DNA from: an uncultured delta proteobacterium
GTDB taxonomy: Bacteria > Desulfobacterota > Binatia > Binatales > Binataceae
Assembly: GCA_963710455.1 (NCBI GenBank)
Contig: CAVQAG010000017.1
Span: forward strand, 323,225 to 387,224
Direction: 5' to 3'
DNA length: 64,000 nt
Below are positions 21,447 through 31,290 of this stretch, in pieces. The notes below the pieces were generated by a model, which saw only the letters and a list, made by a program, of their open reading frames with translations, searched no databases and was not told the DNA's origin. How positions within the stretch are numbered: position 1 is the stretch's first letter; each line of letters begins with the position of its first letter. The translations under genes and the position numbers were made by a program.

Positions 21447-22811
21447 TCAGATGCTGGTCATTACGCGGCCGGCAAGCTGCAAAGCTTCAGACCAGAACGA
21501 CGCCGAAGAATGCATCAGATCCACAACCGCGCCGATCGCCTCAACGTAGTGCCCGAGCTGCGCATCGTTGACTATAAGCGGTGGTGCGACCTTGAGCACC
21601 ATGAAATTATTGCCGCAGATCTGACTGAGTATCCCATGGTCGCGGAATAACCGCATCACCACCACTTGACCGAACATCGCGGGATGAATTCTGGCAAAGG
21701 CCTGAAATGGAACTCGCAGCCGGAACCGGCGCGGCGCCTTGAACTCAATTGCGCTGAGCAGGCCGAGTCCTCGGATCTCGCTCACCATTTCGTGCTTCGC
21801 GAGACGCGCGGCGAGCCGTTTGCGCAGCGCTTCGCCGGCGCTGGCGGCGCGCTCGCCCAGCCGCTCATCCTCGAGCACGTCGAGGGTCGCGAGGCCGGCG
21901 CGCATCGCCAGACTATTTTCACTGTATGTCGAAGTGTGGATGACCGCGCGCTTGAGTGAGCTGTACACCGAGTCGCATATCGCGTCAGACATCAGGACGG
22001 CGCCGCAGGGGACCAGGCCGCCGCTGAGCGCCTTGGCGAGCACGACCATGTCTGGTTCGATCGCAAAGTGATGAGCCGCGAGGAAGCGGCCCGTGCGGTA
22101 CATCCCGGTCTGAACTTCGTCGAGCACCAACAGGGTTCCGTGACGCCGGCAGAGCGCCTGCGCCTGCTGGAGATATTCGCGCGGCGGTACAAGCACGCCG
22201 CTCTCCGCCTGGATCGGTTCGAGAATGAAGGCGGCGAAATGGCGAGTGGCGAGCCTGAGCGCCAATTGGTCGAGGTCGCCGAATGGAACCGCTTCGGTGC
22301 CTGGCAGCATCGGGCCAAAACCCTCGCGCCAGAAGGGGTTCGACATCAGAGAGAGCGCGCCGCAGGTCAATCCGTGAAAGCCGCCGGCGGCGTACAGGAT
22401 GCCCGGCCGCGAGGTGTGGGCGCGCGCAAACTTGAGCACGGTCTCGATCCCTTCACTTCCGGAAGAATCGAAAAAAGCTTTGCTCAGGCGCCCGCCGGCA
22501 CGTTGGCACAGACGCGCGGCGAGATCTCCGGCGAGGTCCGAGACATGGCTCTGCAGCATCGCAGGACCATTGCGGTCCAGTTCGTCTTTGAGTGCCGTGA
22601 TCACTCGGGGATGGTTGTGACCGACATTGTGGACGCAATACCCGGAGATAAAATCCAGAATCCGCCGGCCGTCGGCCGTATGTAGTTCGGCGCCGACGCA
22701 GCTCGCATACTCGACGTTCATCTGCAGAACATCGAGCAGCCGCACCCATTGCGGATTCACGTATCTCTCGTAGAGCGTTTCGCGATCCGCGACGCGCCTT
22801 GCTTCCAACAT
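21447..22811 (-). CDS. class III PLP-dependent aminotransferase (acetylornithine/omega-aminotransferase family)
   Basis: LDEVQTGMYRTGRFLAAHHF...MVVLAKALSGGLVPCGAV (PLP Lys) plus the full class-III fold. It is the first gene of the minus-strand operon, preceded by a 736-bp lower-GC intergenic region. Confidence 0.85.
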   Translation of the reverse strand: MLEARRVADRETLYERYVNPQWVRLLDVLQMNVEYASCVGAELHTADGRRILDFISGYCVHNVGHNHPRVITALKDELDRNGPAMLQSHVSDLAGDLAARLCQRAGGRLSKAFFDSSGSEGIETVLKFARAHTSRPGILYAAGGFHGLTCGALSLMSNPFWREGFGPMLPGTEAVPFGDLDQLALRLATRHFAAFILEPIQAESGVLVPPREYLQQAQALCRRHGTLLVLDEVQTGMYRTGRFLAAHHFAIEPDMVVLAKALSGGLVPCGAVLMSDAICDSVYSSLKRAVIHTSTYSENSLAMRAGLATLDVLEDERLGERAASAGEALRKRLAARLAKHEMVSEIRGLGLLSAIEFKAPRRFRLRVPFQAFARIHPAMFGQVVVMRLFRDHGILSQICGNNFMVLKVAPPLIVNDAQLGHYVEAIGAVVDLMHSSASFWSEALQLAGRVMTSI

Positions 22812-23546
22812 CGGGCTTTTCCTTCGCGCAGCTCGCGCGTGCGCTGCTGTTCAGCGTGTTACGGCGATCTCGAGCTGGTCGAGCGGGCGCCGCCGAAAAT
22901 CAGAATGTAGACACAGGATCTCGTAGAGGTGGAAGTCCTCAGCAGTGCAGGGGCAATCCACTTCACATTCATCCGCAGGATGTCGAAGAAGGACATTTAG
23001 TGCAATTTGTCTTGGCGATTGTAAAGCATCGCGAAAATGCACGGTCCGAGTTCTATGGAATTGAGAGCCATAATCAATATCAACTCTGAGATCGCGTATG
23101 GTCAGTAGGATGGTATATCGTGCGAAGGCACTAGTTGCTGCCATAAAAACACGTCCACGCCGCCCCGTCCTGGAAAATGCGTGCGACATCGGCGACCGAA
23201 GAGACTTCTCTCTCGGATCAGGCAGAGCCGCTTCGGAGCAAGTTATCTGCCATTTGATCGGCGCCTCGGCTGTGGTTCCTTCGCGAGTTTATGCCATCAT
23301 TTATCGTCAAGCAGCTTTTCGCGCGTCCGAAAATTTGAGCGTGGCCAGCGTATCCGTTCAAAATTCTGAACGTACTTTTAAAGGTACCGGTCTGAATTGC
23401 GCGAATACCGTGATGAATTGCAAGCCGTGCCCCCTTTCCGGGCCGGGCATCGCACTTGCGTTTGCGATATGACGGCTCAGGGGATCGTTCCGCGCAGGTT
23501 CGAGGTGCCGATGACTCACGATAAGCCGACCAGTCGTTTTTAAGAG

Positions 23547-24860
23547 ATGACATCTCCAGGAATAATGAACGGCGACGGCGGCTCTGATCTGGCAGTGAAT
23601 GAGTACCAGTGTTTTCGGCGCCAGGAGGTGTTCTTTGCGCTCCTCAATCTCGTACTAATCGGCGCGCTTCTGACGCTGCAGGAGGTTTCCAGGGCCGTCC
23701 GCGGCAGACCCGCGGCGTCGGTTGTCATAGTCCTGGCGGTGGGCTTTACGATCCAGGCGGCTTATGTCACGTGGCTATACGGAGAGACCGCGCTGCTGTC
23801 GCTCCCACAGCGCCAAGCTTTGACGTTATGGGCGCTGGTGTTCAACTCAGTGCTCGCGCTTGTCCTCACCTCTCTGACTATTCGCGGAGACACCGCGTAC
23901 TACGCCCTGATGCTGCTGCCGATACTGGAGGCCGCATTCAGGTTCGGCCTGGGCGCAACCATCGCGATGGCAGTGCTGGCGGACTTCGTCTGCTTTCTCG
24001 GCGCGTATGGGATGCGATTCGGTGAGTATATCGAGGCCGGAGCCATGTCGGTTATTTACACGGTAATGGGCGTGCTCGTATGGCTGTTGATAAACAATGC
24101 GCGCGAGCGGGAGGCGAGATTTGTGCGCAACCTGCAAGAGCTCGAACACACTCGGCAGCAGCTATTCTCTGAAGAAAAGCTTGCCGCGGTGGGCCGTCTA
24201 TCGAGGGCTATCGCACACGAAATTCGCAATCCGGTGGCGATGATTTCCAGCTCGCTCGCAACCGCAACACGCGCCGGACAAGGAGAGGCAGAACGAAGGG
24301 AAATGTTTGCGATCGCGGCCAAGGAGGCCGCGCGTCTGGAGCGTTTGACCAACGACTTCCTCGTATATGCGCGCCCGCGCGCGGCGCAGATCGCGCGCGC
24401 AAATGTTACCGATACTCTCAACTACGTCGCGTCCGTTACCCGGGCTCATGCGGCGAACAAGGGCGTGGTGATCGATGTCCGTGCGCAGGGCGATATGGAA
24501 GGGGATTTTGATCCGTCACAGATTCAACAGGCACTATTGAACCTGGTGCTCAACGCAATCGACGCCTGTAGAGGCGGCGACTCGGTGCAGTTGCAGGCGC
24601 AGGCGAAATTACCTGGCGTTATTTGCATTGATGTCATCGATCCGGTCGGCCCAATACCCGAGGAAGCCGTTAACCGCATTTTCGAACCGCTATTCACTAC
24701 CAAGCAAGGCGGGAACGGACTCGGCCTGGCGATCGCGCGCAATATCGCCCGGGCGCATGGAGGCGACATCATGCTCAGGATCAACGAGCCTGCGCAGGTA
24801 TGTTTTTCGATTGAAATTCCGGCGGTTGCCAACAGCTCAGACGGGCTTCAGAGAGTCTAA
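23547..24860 (+). CDS. sensor histidine kinase with N-terminal 5-6 TM sensing domain (HisKA + HATPase_c)
   Basis: A multi-TM N-terminus, H-box AIAHEIRNPVAMI, N-box LLNLVLNAIDA, and G-boxes ...GNGLGLAI.... It is immediately followed by an NtrC-family regulator. Confidence 0.8.
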   Translation: MTSPGIMNGDGGSDLAVNEYQCFRRQEVFFALLNLVLIGALLTLQEVSRAVRGRPAASVVIVLAVGFTIQAAYVTWLYGETALLSLPQRQALTLWALVFNSVLALVLTSLTIRGDTAYYALMLLPILEAAFRFGLGATIAMAVLADFVCFLGAYGMRFGEYIEAGAMSVIYTVMGVLVWLLINNAREREARFVRNLQELEHTRQQLFSEEKLAAVGRLSRAIAHEIRNPVAMISSSLATATRAGQGEAERREMFAIAAKEAARLERLTNDFLVYARPRAAQIARANVTDTLNYVASVTRAHAANKGVVIDVRAQGDMEGDFDPSQIQQALLNLVLNAIDACRGGDSVQLQAQAKLPGVICIDVIDPVGPIPEEAVNRIFEPLFTTKQGGNGLGLAIARNIARAHGGDIMLRINEPAQVCFSIEIPAVANSSDGLQRV

Positions 24861-24861
24861 A

Positions 24862-26271
24862 ATGGGCAGGATATTGGTCGTCGATGACGAGCCGAGCATG
24901 CGGCGAATCCTCGTTTCGAATCTGAGGCAGGAACAGCATGAACTGGTCGAGGCAAACGGCGTCCGCGATGCTCGGCGTGTTCTCGCGGAGTGCGGGTTGG
25001 ACGCAGTAATTACGGATCAAAAGATGGGCGACGGCGAAGGCCTGGAGGTTCTGGCGGCGGTCCATGAAACCGACCCTGCCTTGTCCGTGGTTTTTCTAAC
25101 TGCCTTTGCGACGATCGAACTTGCGGTCGAAAGCATGCGGCGTGGAGCGTTTGATTTTGTCACCAAGCCTTTTATACCTGAAGCGCTGCTCGCCTCGGCG
25201 GCTCGCGCTGTCGAGCACACGCTGCTGCTGCGTGAAAACGAAAGGCTCCGCGACACGGTGCTTCGGCTTGAAGGTTCCTCGGAGATCGCCGGGCGAAGCG
25301 CCATAATTCGGCGGCTGCGAGAGCAAATCGCGCGCGTAGCGCCAACCAGCGCAACCGTTCTCATTGCGGGCGAAACGGGGACCGGTAAGGAATTGGTGGC
25401 CCGTGCGATTCATTACAGCAGCCCTCGATCCGCAAAACCTTTCGTGGCCGTGAACTGCGCGGCGTTTACCGAGACGCTTTTGGAAAGCGAACTGTTCGGA
25501 CACGAGCGGGGAGCATTTACCGGCGCCAGCCACGCGCGCGAAGGCCTGTTCGAGGCGGCGCATGAAGGCTCGCTCTTTCTCGACGAGGCGGGCGAGATGT
25601 CGATGGCGGCGCAGGCCAAGTTGTTGCGCGTGCTGACGGACGGTTTGGTGCTGCGAATCGGTTCGACCAAGCCGCGCCAGGTCGATGTTCGTCTGATTGT
25701 TGCTACGCATCGCGACTTGCGGCAACGAGCGCAGGAAGGTCTCTTTCGTGAAGATTTATACTATCGGCTCGCCGTAGTGCCGCTGTTCGTTCCTGCTCTT
25801 CGCGAACATCTGGAAGACATCCCGGAGCTATGCACGCTCTTTTTGGCGCAAGCGGCGCGCGATCTCAAGGTGTCTCCCCGCAAGATGGGCGCCGACGCGA
25901 TGCGCGCGCTGATGAACTACGATTTTCCCGGCAACATACGCGAACTGCGCAATCTCATCGAGCGCGCGTGTATTCTCTCGGCCGGTGATGAAATCACCGC
26001 CGATAATTTTCCCGTAGCCGCATCAACTCGCTCGCCAAATATCCCGGTGCCGCTTACTCCATCCGCGCTCAGCCCCGATCATCTGGCAGAGCTGATCCCC
26101 GAGACCTCCGATCTACGAGAATTTCTGGCAGCGGTCGAAGCGGCGATAATCCAGCGGTCGCTTAAGATGACCGGCGGCGCACAGGCCGAGGTGGCGCGGC
26201 GACTTGGACTTTCACGAAGCCATCTTTCTTACAAGCTGGCGAAGCATCGCATTAAGAGCGCGACGAGCTGA
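24862..26271 (+). CDS. sigma-54-dependent response regulator (NtrC/Fis family: REC + AAA+ sigma-54 activator + HTH)
   Basis: Receiver ILVVDDEP...DQKMGDGEG, Walker A GETGTGKE, the GAFTGA sigma-54 contact motif (ERGAFTGA), and the C-terminal Fis-type HTH ...VARRLGLSRSHLSYKL. Confidence 0.9.
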   Translation: MGRILVVDDEPSMRRILVSNLRQEQHELVEANGVRDARRVLAECGLDAVITDQKMGDGEGLEVLAAVHETDPALSVVFLTAFATIELAVESMRRGAFDFVTKPFIPEALLASAARAVEHTLLLRENERLRDTVLRLEGSSEIAGRSAIIRRLREQIARVAPTSATVLIAGETGTGKELVARAIHYSSPRSAKPFVAVNCAAFTETLLESELFGHERGAFTGASHAREGLFEAAHEGSLFLDEAGEMSMAAQAKLLRVLTDGLVLRIGSTKPRQVDVRLIVATHRDLRQRAQEGLFREDLYYRLAVVPLFVPALREHLEDIPELCTLFLAQAARDLKVSPRKMGADAMRALMNYDFPGNIRELRNLIERACILSAGDEITADNFPVAASTRSPNIPVPLTPSALSPDHLAELIPETSDLREFLAAVEAAIIQRSLKMTGGAQAEVARRLGLSRSHLSYKLAKHRIKSATS

Positions 26272-26528
26272 GGCGCCACTCGCCCGCGCCTCGACTTTCG
26301 GTCAGAACATCCAAGAACAGCGTCGCCTCCCTGTCGTTATCGGCGGGAGTTTGTCCGAATTTCGGAACATCGGTGTTCAAATTCTCGGACGAGTCGCACT
26401 CAGCTTGTTCGCCCGGTCCAATGAAATAGCTCGAAGCACGCGCCCAGTGGTCAATCAGCGGAAGGCATGAGCTTTGCGTCGGCACTCGAGCTGAATCGAG
26501 TGCCGCTCAGCAATAGAAGTGCAATTAA

Positions 26529-27928
26529 ATGCGTCATCTGAATATCCGGCGGGTGCTGGTGCTGGCACTCCTTCTCCGCGCCTTACTCCCGATAGCGGGA
26601 TATCTGTATACGCGTGACGTTACCATCGTCTACACGCCTGACACAGCCTCCTATCTACTACCGGCCCGCGAACTAATCGCTCATCACCGGTTTTTTTCCG
26701 ACGGAACACCGGAAATCGTTCGAACTCCCGGTTATCCCCTGCTGCTCACGGCTGGGCTGCTGTTGGGTCATCCGGAATTCGTTACGATAGCGCTCCAGAT
26801 CCTGCTTAGTTGCCTCACGGTGTTCATGGTATATAAGACAGCTCGTGAGATGTTCGAGAGACGAACGAATAGCTCTCATTGCTGCGGCATTGTATGCGCT
26901 AGAGCCATTATCGATCTTGTTCTCAAGCCTGTTAGCTTCTGAAACTCTGTTCGCCGCGATAGTAATAGTCGGCTTTTACTACCTAGTGAGATACTTGAAA
27001 CGGCAATCGCCGGCATGCCTGCTAGCCTCGGGAGCCGCGCTGGCCGCTTCGGTATACATTCGGCCGGTAGGCTACTTTTTGCCAGTGATAATAGCTGTCG
27101 GGCTGACGGCGTGGGCTGCGGTCACGGCCCAGCAAAACAGGCCTCGGCGCATAGCTCAAGCCCTGGGCTTCGTTATCGTTTCCTTTGCGTTGACCAGTCT
27201 GTGGCAGGTTCGGAACGAGGCCGAGGCTGACTTATCCTGGTTTTTCTGCTATCGCCAGCGACAACATGTACTTCATTTTGGCGGCCTCGGTTCTGGCCGC
27301 CGAACAGCATGTGCCCTATTACGGGATGAGAGACCGCTTGGGCTATCAGAACCCGCGCGCTTATTTCCGGGAGCATCCTGAACAGAAGACTTGGTCTGTA
27401 GAGAAAAGAACCAATTATCTGACTCGGACCGCTGAGCATATTTTGCTGGGCGATTCGCTGACCTATGCGTGGATTTACTTCGACGGCGTTCTTCGAGGAA
27501 CCTTTGATCCTGGCTCTACCGAGTTTCTGCGGTTTTTCGACCTCTATCCAAGGGACGGCGGTCTTCTGACGGTTGCAGTCGACAAGGGCAGAATCGCAAC
27601 CGTCGAAGCGCTTTATGCCTATCCACTACTCTTTTGGAGCACCGCCATGATGCTCCTGATGCTGCTGATATACCTCTCGTCTGCGTGCGTCACACTCTGC
27701 AGCCCGGCAATCCAGGACCCTTCGATTCTGGCCGCGTGGTTAATAGCTAGCTACTATATGGCTATTGCGGGAGGACCCGGTGACTGGGGTCGGTTCCGGC
27801 ATCCCGTTATGCCGATCATCTGCACCCTGGCCGGCTATGGTCTATACGCAGTCTGGAGCCGGTTGCGCCACGACCACCGCACCGTCTCCAAAGCGCGAGA
27901 GATGATTCTCAGGTCCATCGCAAACTAG
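26529..27928 (+). pseudogene. GT-C-fold membrane glycosyltransferase (PMT_2/ArnT-like, GT39/GT83-type), split over three frames by two frameshifts
   Basis: The three consecutive ORFs 26529..26942, 26845..27381 and 27266..27928 are each hydrophobic and collinear with one polytopic protein. The family motif ...TPGYPLLLTAGLLLG... is present. Junctions lie near 26870-26880 and 27225-27240. Confidence 0.5.
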
Positions 27929-29149
27929 CGCGTCGGGCCCGAGGCTTCACCGATTCGTTCCAGTATCACGTTTCCGTCCTCGCTCACGGTAGAACCTCGC
28001 GAGCTCGACCTCAGCGCCTCGAATTTCGCCGCGAACTCCGCGTCACCGAGCGTGAAACGCAGCGGGCGATCGACGGTTGAGTAGTGAAACCGCTGACCCT
28101 GATAGATATTCGTCAGCGTCGCGCCGAGCGCACCGCCGGCGGCTAGCTGCCCCTGGCATTGGAGCTGCGCAACCACGTCATTGTTATTGCAGTTGACCGC
28201 CGGTGCTGTGAGCGTCACCTGGCGAATCGCGAGATCGTCACCCTCGCACTGGACCGCGGCGTTGTAGCTGATATTTGCGAGTTCGACTTGTCCCGCGACC
28301 GTCATCGTATTGTCGCCGCCCGAGGCGCTGATGTTTTTGGCCGTCAGCGTTTGCGTCATGCCCTGGATCTGAAGCGGGATCTCAAATGAAGCGGCGTATA
28401 GCCTGAGCAACGCGTTGATGAATCCGTATTGCGCGTCGGCCACCGCGTTGGCGCGTGCCGGCGCGTCGCCGATCTCGGCCTCGAGCGGCGGATCGCGCTG
28501 CAGATATGGCTCAGGATTGCTGACACGACCCGAGGGAAAGAGGGCCACGACGATCGACGACTCTCGAAAACCAATCGCGACGTCAAATCGGTTGTCCTCT
28601 CCGGGCGGCGGCAGAATATGCAGATTCGAGGTCGCGAAGCTGTTGAGTTGACCGAGTTGCTTGAGCGAAGGCCCTGGACTGCCGCTTCGGCTCGCACCCG
28701 CGGCGTCTGTCACCGTGAAGCGCAACACCCACGGCCTCCACGAGACGTGCGCTTTCGCGATCTCAACCCAGGCCGGCCGCGTCCGCGGAATGCGCGAGAC
28801 GCTGGGCGGTCGCGGGCAGCGGAGCCTGGCAATCGGCGGTCGAAAGCACGTTCGATCCCACAGGGGCCGAGTCAGGATAGGCGACAGCCAGTGCCCATGC
28901 GCCGCCTTGCCGATCGCTGCCGCAGTACACGAGCCCAGCAATTTTGACTTTCGAAGCGCGCGAGTGGGTGCGCTCGGCCGCAAGGTCCAAAGTAAGCGGG
29001 ACCAGTTGCTGCAACACACTGGGGAGCAACTCGGGCATGATGACAACACGCGCAAGCGGCCTTTCATCCGCGTCCGCCGGCGCGACTCCCAAGCTGCAAA
29101 CGAGCACGGCGCCAAGAGCGCCGACCAGAAGCCGCCACGCGCGATTCAT
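27925..29149 (-). CDS. secreted Cys-containing protein of unknown function; reading frame apparently shifted near 28745-28765
   Basis: The N-terminal part (frame of ORF 28763..29194) starts with the signal peptide MNRAWRLLVGALGAVLVCSLGVAPADA. The remaining ~270 residues continue in the frame of ORF 27925..29115 (...NISASGGDNTMTVAGQVELANISYNAAVQCEGDD...). The N-terminal 120 aa of the 396-aa track ORF look like wrong-frame noise. Confidence 0.4.
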
Positions 29150-29399
29150 CTGCAACCCCGCCCCTCCATCATCCCGCGCGCTATCGTAGAGCACATCCTA
29201 TTCCAGCCTGTCACAACCGGCCGGCGAGAGACAGAGATGTCCGGGCGGCGCTGCGATGGTCGTCCAGCGCGCTCATTGAATTTTTGCGGATAGTGTCCTA
29301 CTAGTCGCGAAGCGGCTAGCGCCGGGTTCGCGCTATGAGGCGCTCGACAGAAGTGCGCGAACATATCGATACGCGAGTCTACCATGGAGGTATCCGAAA

Positions 29400-30827
29400 A
29401 TGTTGGACCTGCTTATTCGCGGTGGCGAAGTTGTAACTCCTCAGGGCGTCGGTAGATGGAGCGTCGGGGTTCAGGGCGAAAAGATCGCCTTCATTGGAAC
29501 CGACGAGCATGCACCCCAGGCGGGGCGAACGATCGATGCCAGCGGTAAGATCGTGGTCCCGGGAGGCATCGAGCCTCACGCCCATCTCGACATCTACGAT
29601 CTTACCAATCCCGACGCCGGCGTGAGCACGCTGGGCCCCGAAGAGGATACACGCGGGATGGCGTTCGGCGGAACGACCACCCATCTGGATTTCTGTTTCA
29701 TCGAGCCGGGAATGGATATTACCCAGGGGATCGAGACGCGGGTGGCGCGCTGGAAAAAGCAGTCATACGTCGATTACTCTTTTCATGTCGGATTGATGGG
29801 CGCGCTTCCTATCAGCATATTCGATCAGATTGGCGATGTAATAAAGCAAGGGTTCCCAAGTTTCAAGATTTTTACCACGGACGTGATGCCACCGCATCCC
29901 AAACGCGTCAGGCTGCGGCTCGACATGGGACGGGTGCAGCTAGCGATGGAGAAGGTCGCTAAAAACGACGGCATCATGGTCGTTCACGCCGAGGACGACG
30001 ACCTGGTGCAGTTCAACTACGAAAGATTCGCCGCGGAAGGCAGGACCGAAGGATGGAACATGAACCTGGTCCACACCAAGCTTTCCGAGGAACTCGCCTT
30101 TGACCGAGTAATCCGCCTGGCCCGCGCGAGCGGTGCGGGAGTATACTTTGTACATACTTCGGCGAGTGAAGGCGTGGAAGCGGTGGCCGAGGCCCGGGGA
30201 CGCAACCTGCCTATCTATTGCGAGACGCTGCATCACTATGCCTGCTTTTCGGCTGATGACTACAAAACGCCTCGCGGCTTTTGCTATCACACTTATCCTT
30301 CGTTGAAAGGACGCGACGATAACAAGGCGCTGTGGAACGGACTGATTAACGACGCAGTATCCACAACCGCAACGGACGAGTTTCCGACGTCGCTCGATCA
30401 CAAGCTATCGGGTAAACGAATAGACAACGTGACCGGCGGAAACCTCGGAGCCGAGGCGCGGATGGGTATCGTCTATACCGAGGGCGTGGTGAAACGCGGG
30501 ATGACCCTGCAGCGCTTCGCTGACGTGACTTCCACCAACGCCGCGCACATCCTCGGTCTCTTTCCGCGCAAGGGAGTTATCGCCGCGGGCAGCGACGCCG
30601 ACATCGTGCTAATCGACCCATCGATTAAAAAGAAGCTGACACGCGAGGACTTCCACGTCAGCGATTATAGCCCGTGGGAAGGATGGGAGGTCGCGGGATG
30701 GCCAGTGACCACGATATTGCGCGGCAAAACGATCGTTGAGAACGGCAAACTGCTCGCAAATCTGGGTTACGGGCAACTGATCCCGCGCAAAGTGGATCCG
30801 GTGGTGCTGCGCCGGCCGGCCGCGTGA
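29400..30827 (+). CDS. D-hydantoinase / dihydropyrimidinase (cyclic amidohydrolase)
   Basis: The metal-binding motif PGGIEPHAHLD, the carboxylated-Lys region ...FKIFTT..., and the ...VHAED... and ...GSDADIVLIDP... motifs are present. It is collinear with the dihydropyrimidinase family (475 aa). Confidence 0.82.
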   Translation: MLDLLIRGGEVVTPQGVGRWSVGVQGEKIAFIGTDEHAPQAGRTIDASGKIVVPGGIEPHAHLDIYDLTNPDAGVSTLGPEEDTRGMAFGGTTTHLDFCFIEPGMDITQGIETRVARWKKQSYVDYSFHVGLMGALPISIFDQIGDVIKQGFPSFKIFTTDVMPPHPKRVRLRLDMGRVQLAMEKVAKNDGIMVVHAEDDDLVQFNYERFAAEGRTEGWNMNLVHTKLSEELAFDRVIRLARASGAGVYFVHTSASEGVEAVAEARGRNLPIYCETLHHYACFSADDYKTPRGFCYHTYPSLKGRDDNKALWNGLINDAVSTTATDEFPTSLDHKLSGKRIDNVTGGNLGAEARMGIVYTEGVVKRGMTLQRFADVTSTNAAHILGLFPRKGVIAAGSDADIVLIDPSIKKKLTREDFHVSDYSPWEGWEVAGWPVTTILRGKTIVENGKLLANLGYGQLIPRKVDPVVLRRPAA

Positions 30828-31186
30828 CCGCGAACGCCTGCGTAATCCCGTCGCTGCCCGCTCGTCAAAGGAATTCGAGCGACCCGCCAGTCGCAGGCCG
30901 GCAGGCCTGCCTGAAACCGCAGGGCCCATGAAGTTCTGAAAGCCACGGGCATTTGCGACCGGCGGAAAAGCCGGACGACACAGCCTGTTTGGGTGATCGA
31001 GTTCCTGAAATCTTAAAGACGCCGGACGGGTCTCCCACGCAAAGCCCGCCAGACTTCTCAGGGACCTCTAGGATTATAGAAACATTTACCGTTTGGTCCG
31101 GTACGATTTACTGAATGCCTACGCGCTAGAACGCTCTTATTTCGGCAAAAACGCCCTTCCTATTAGTCTTTAATGCGTTCCTGAGA

Positions 31187-31201
31187 TGGCACAACGGTTG
31201 C
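31187..31201 (+). promoter_or_regulatory. sigma-54 (RpoN) -24/-12 promoter TGGCACaacggTTGCT upstream of the Wzy/O-antigen-ligase-like gene
   Basis: Exact match to the TGGCAC-N5-TTGCW consensus, seen directly. It is located ~90 bp upstream of the ATG at 31291 in a 460-bp intergenic region. Confidence 0.7.
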
Positions 31202-31290
31202 TGCACTAAAACCGGCCTCATCGTGCGGGAATTTATGGAGACACAGGAAGCGCTCTCGCCCGATCCAACGATCCGGGCATTCGCATCTAG

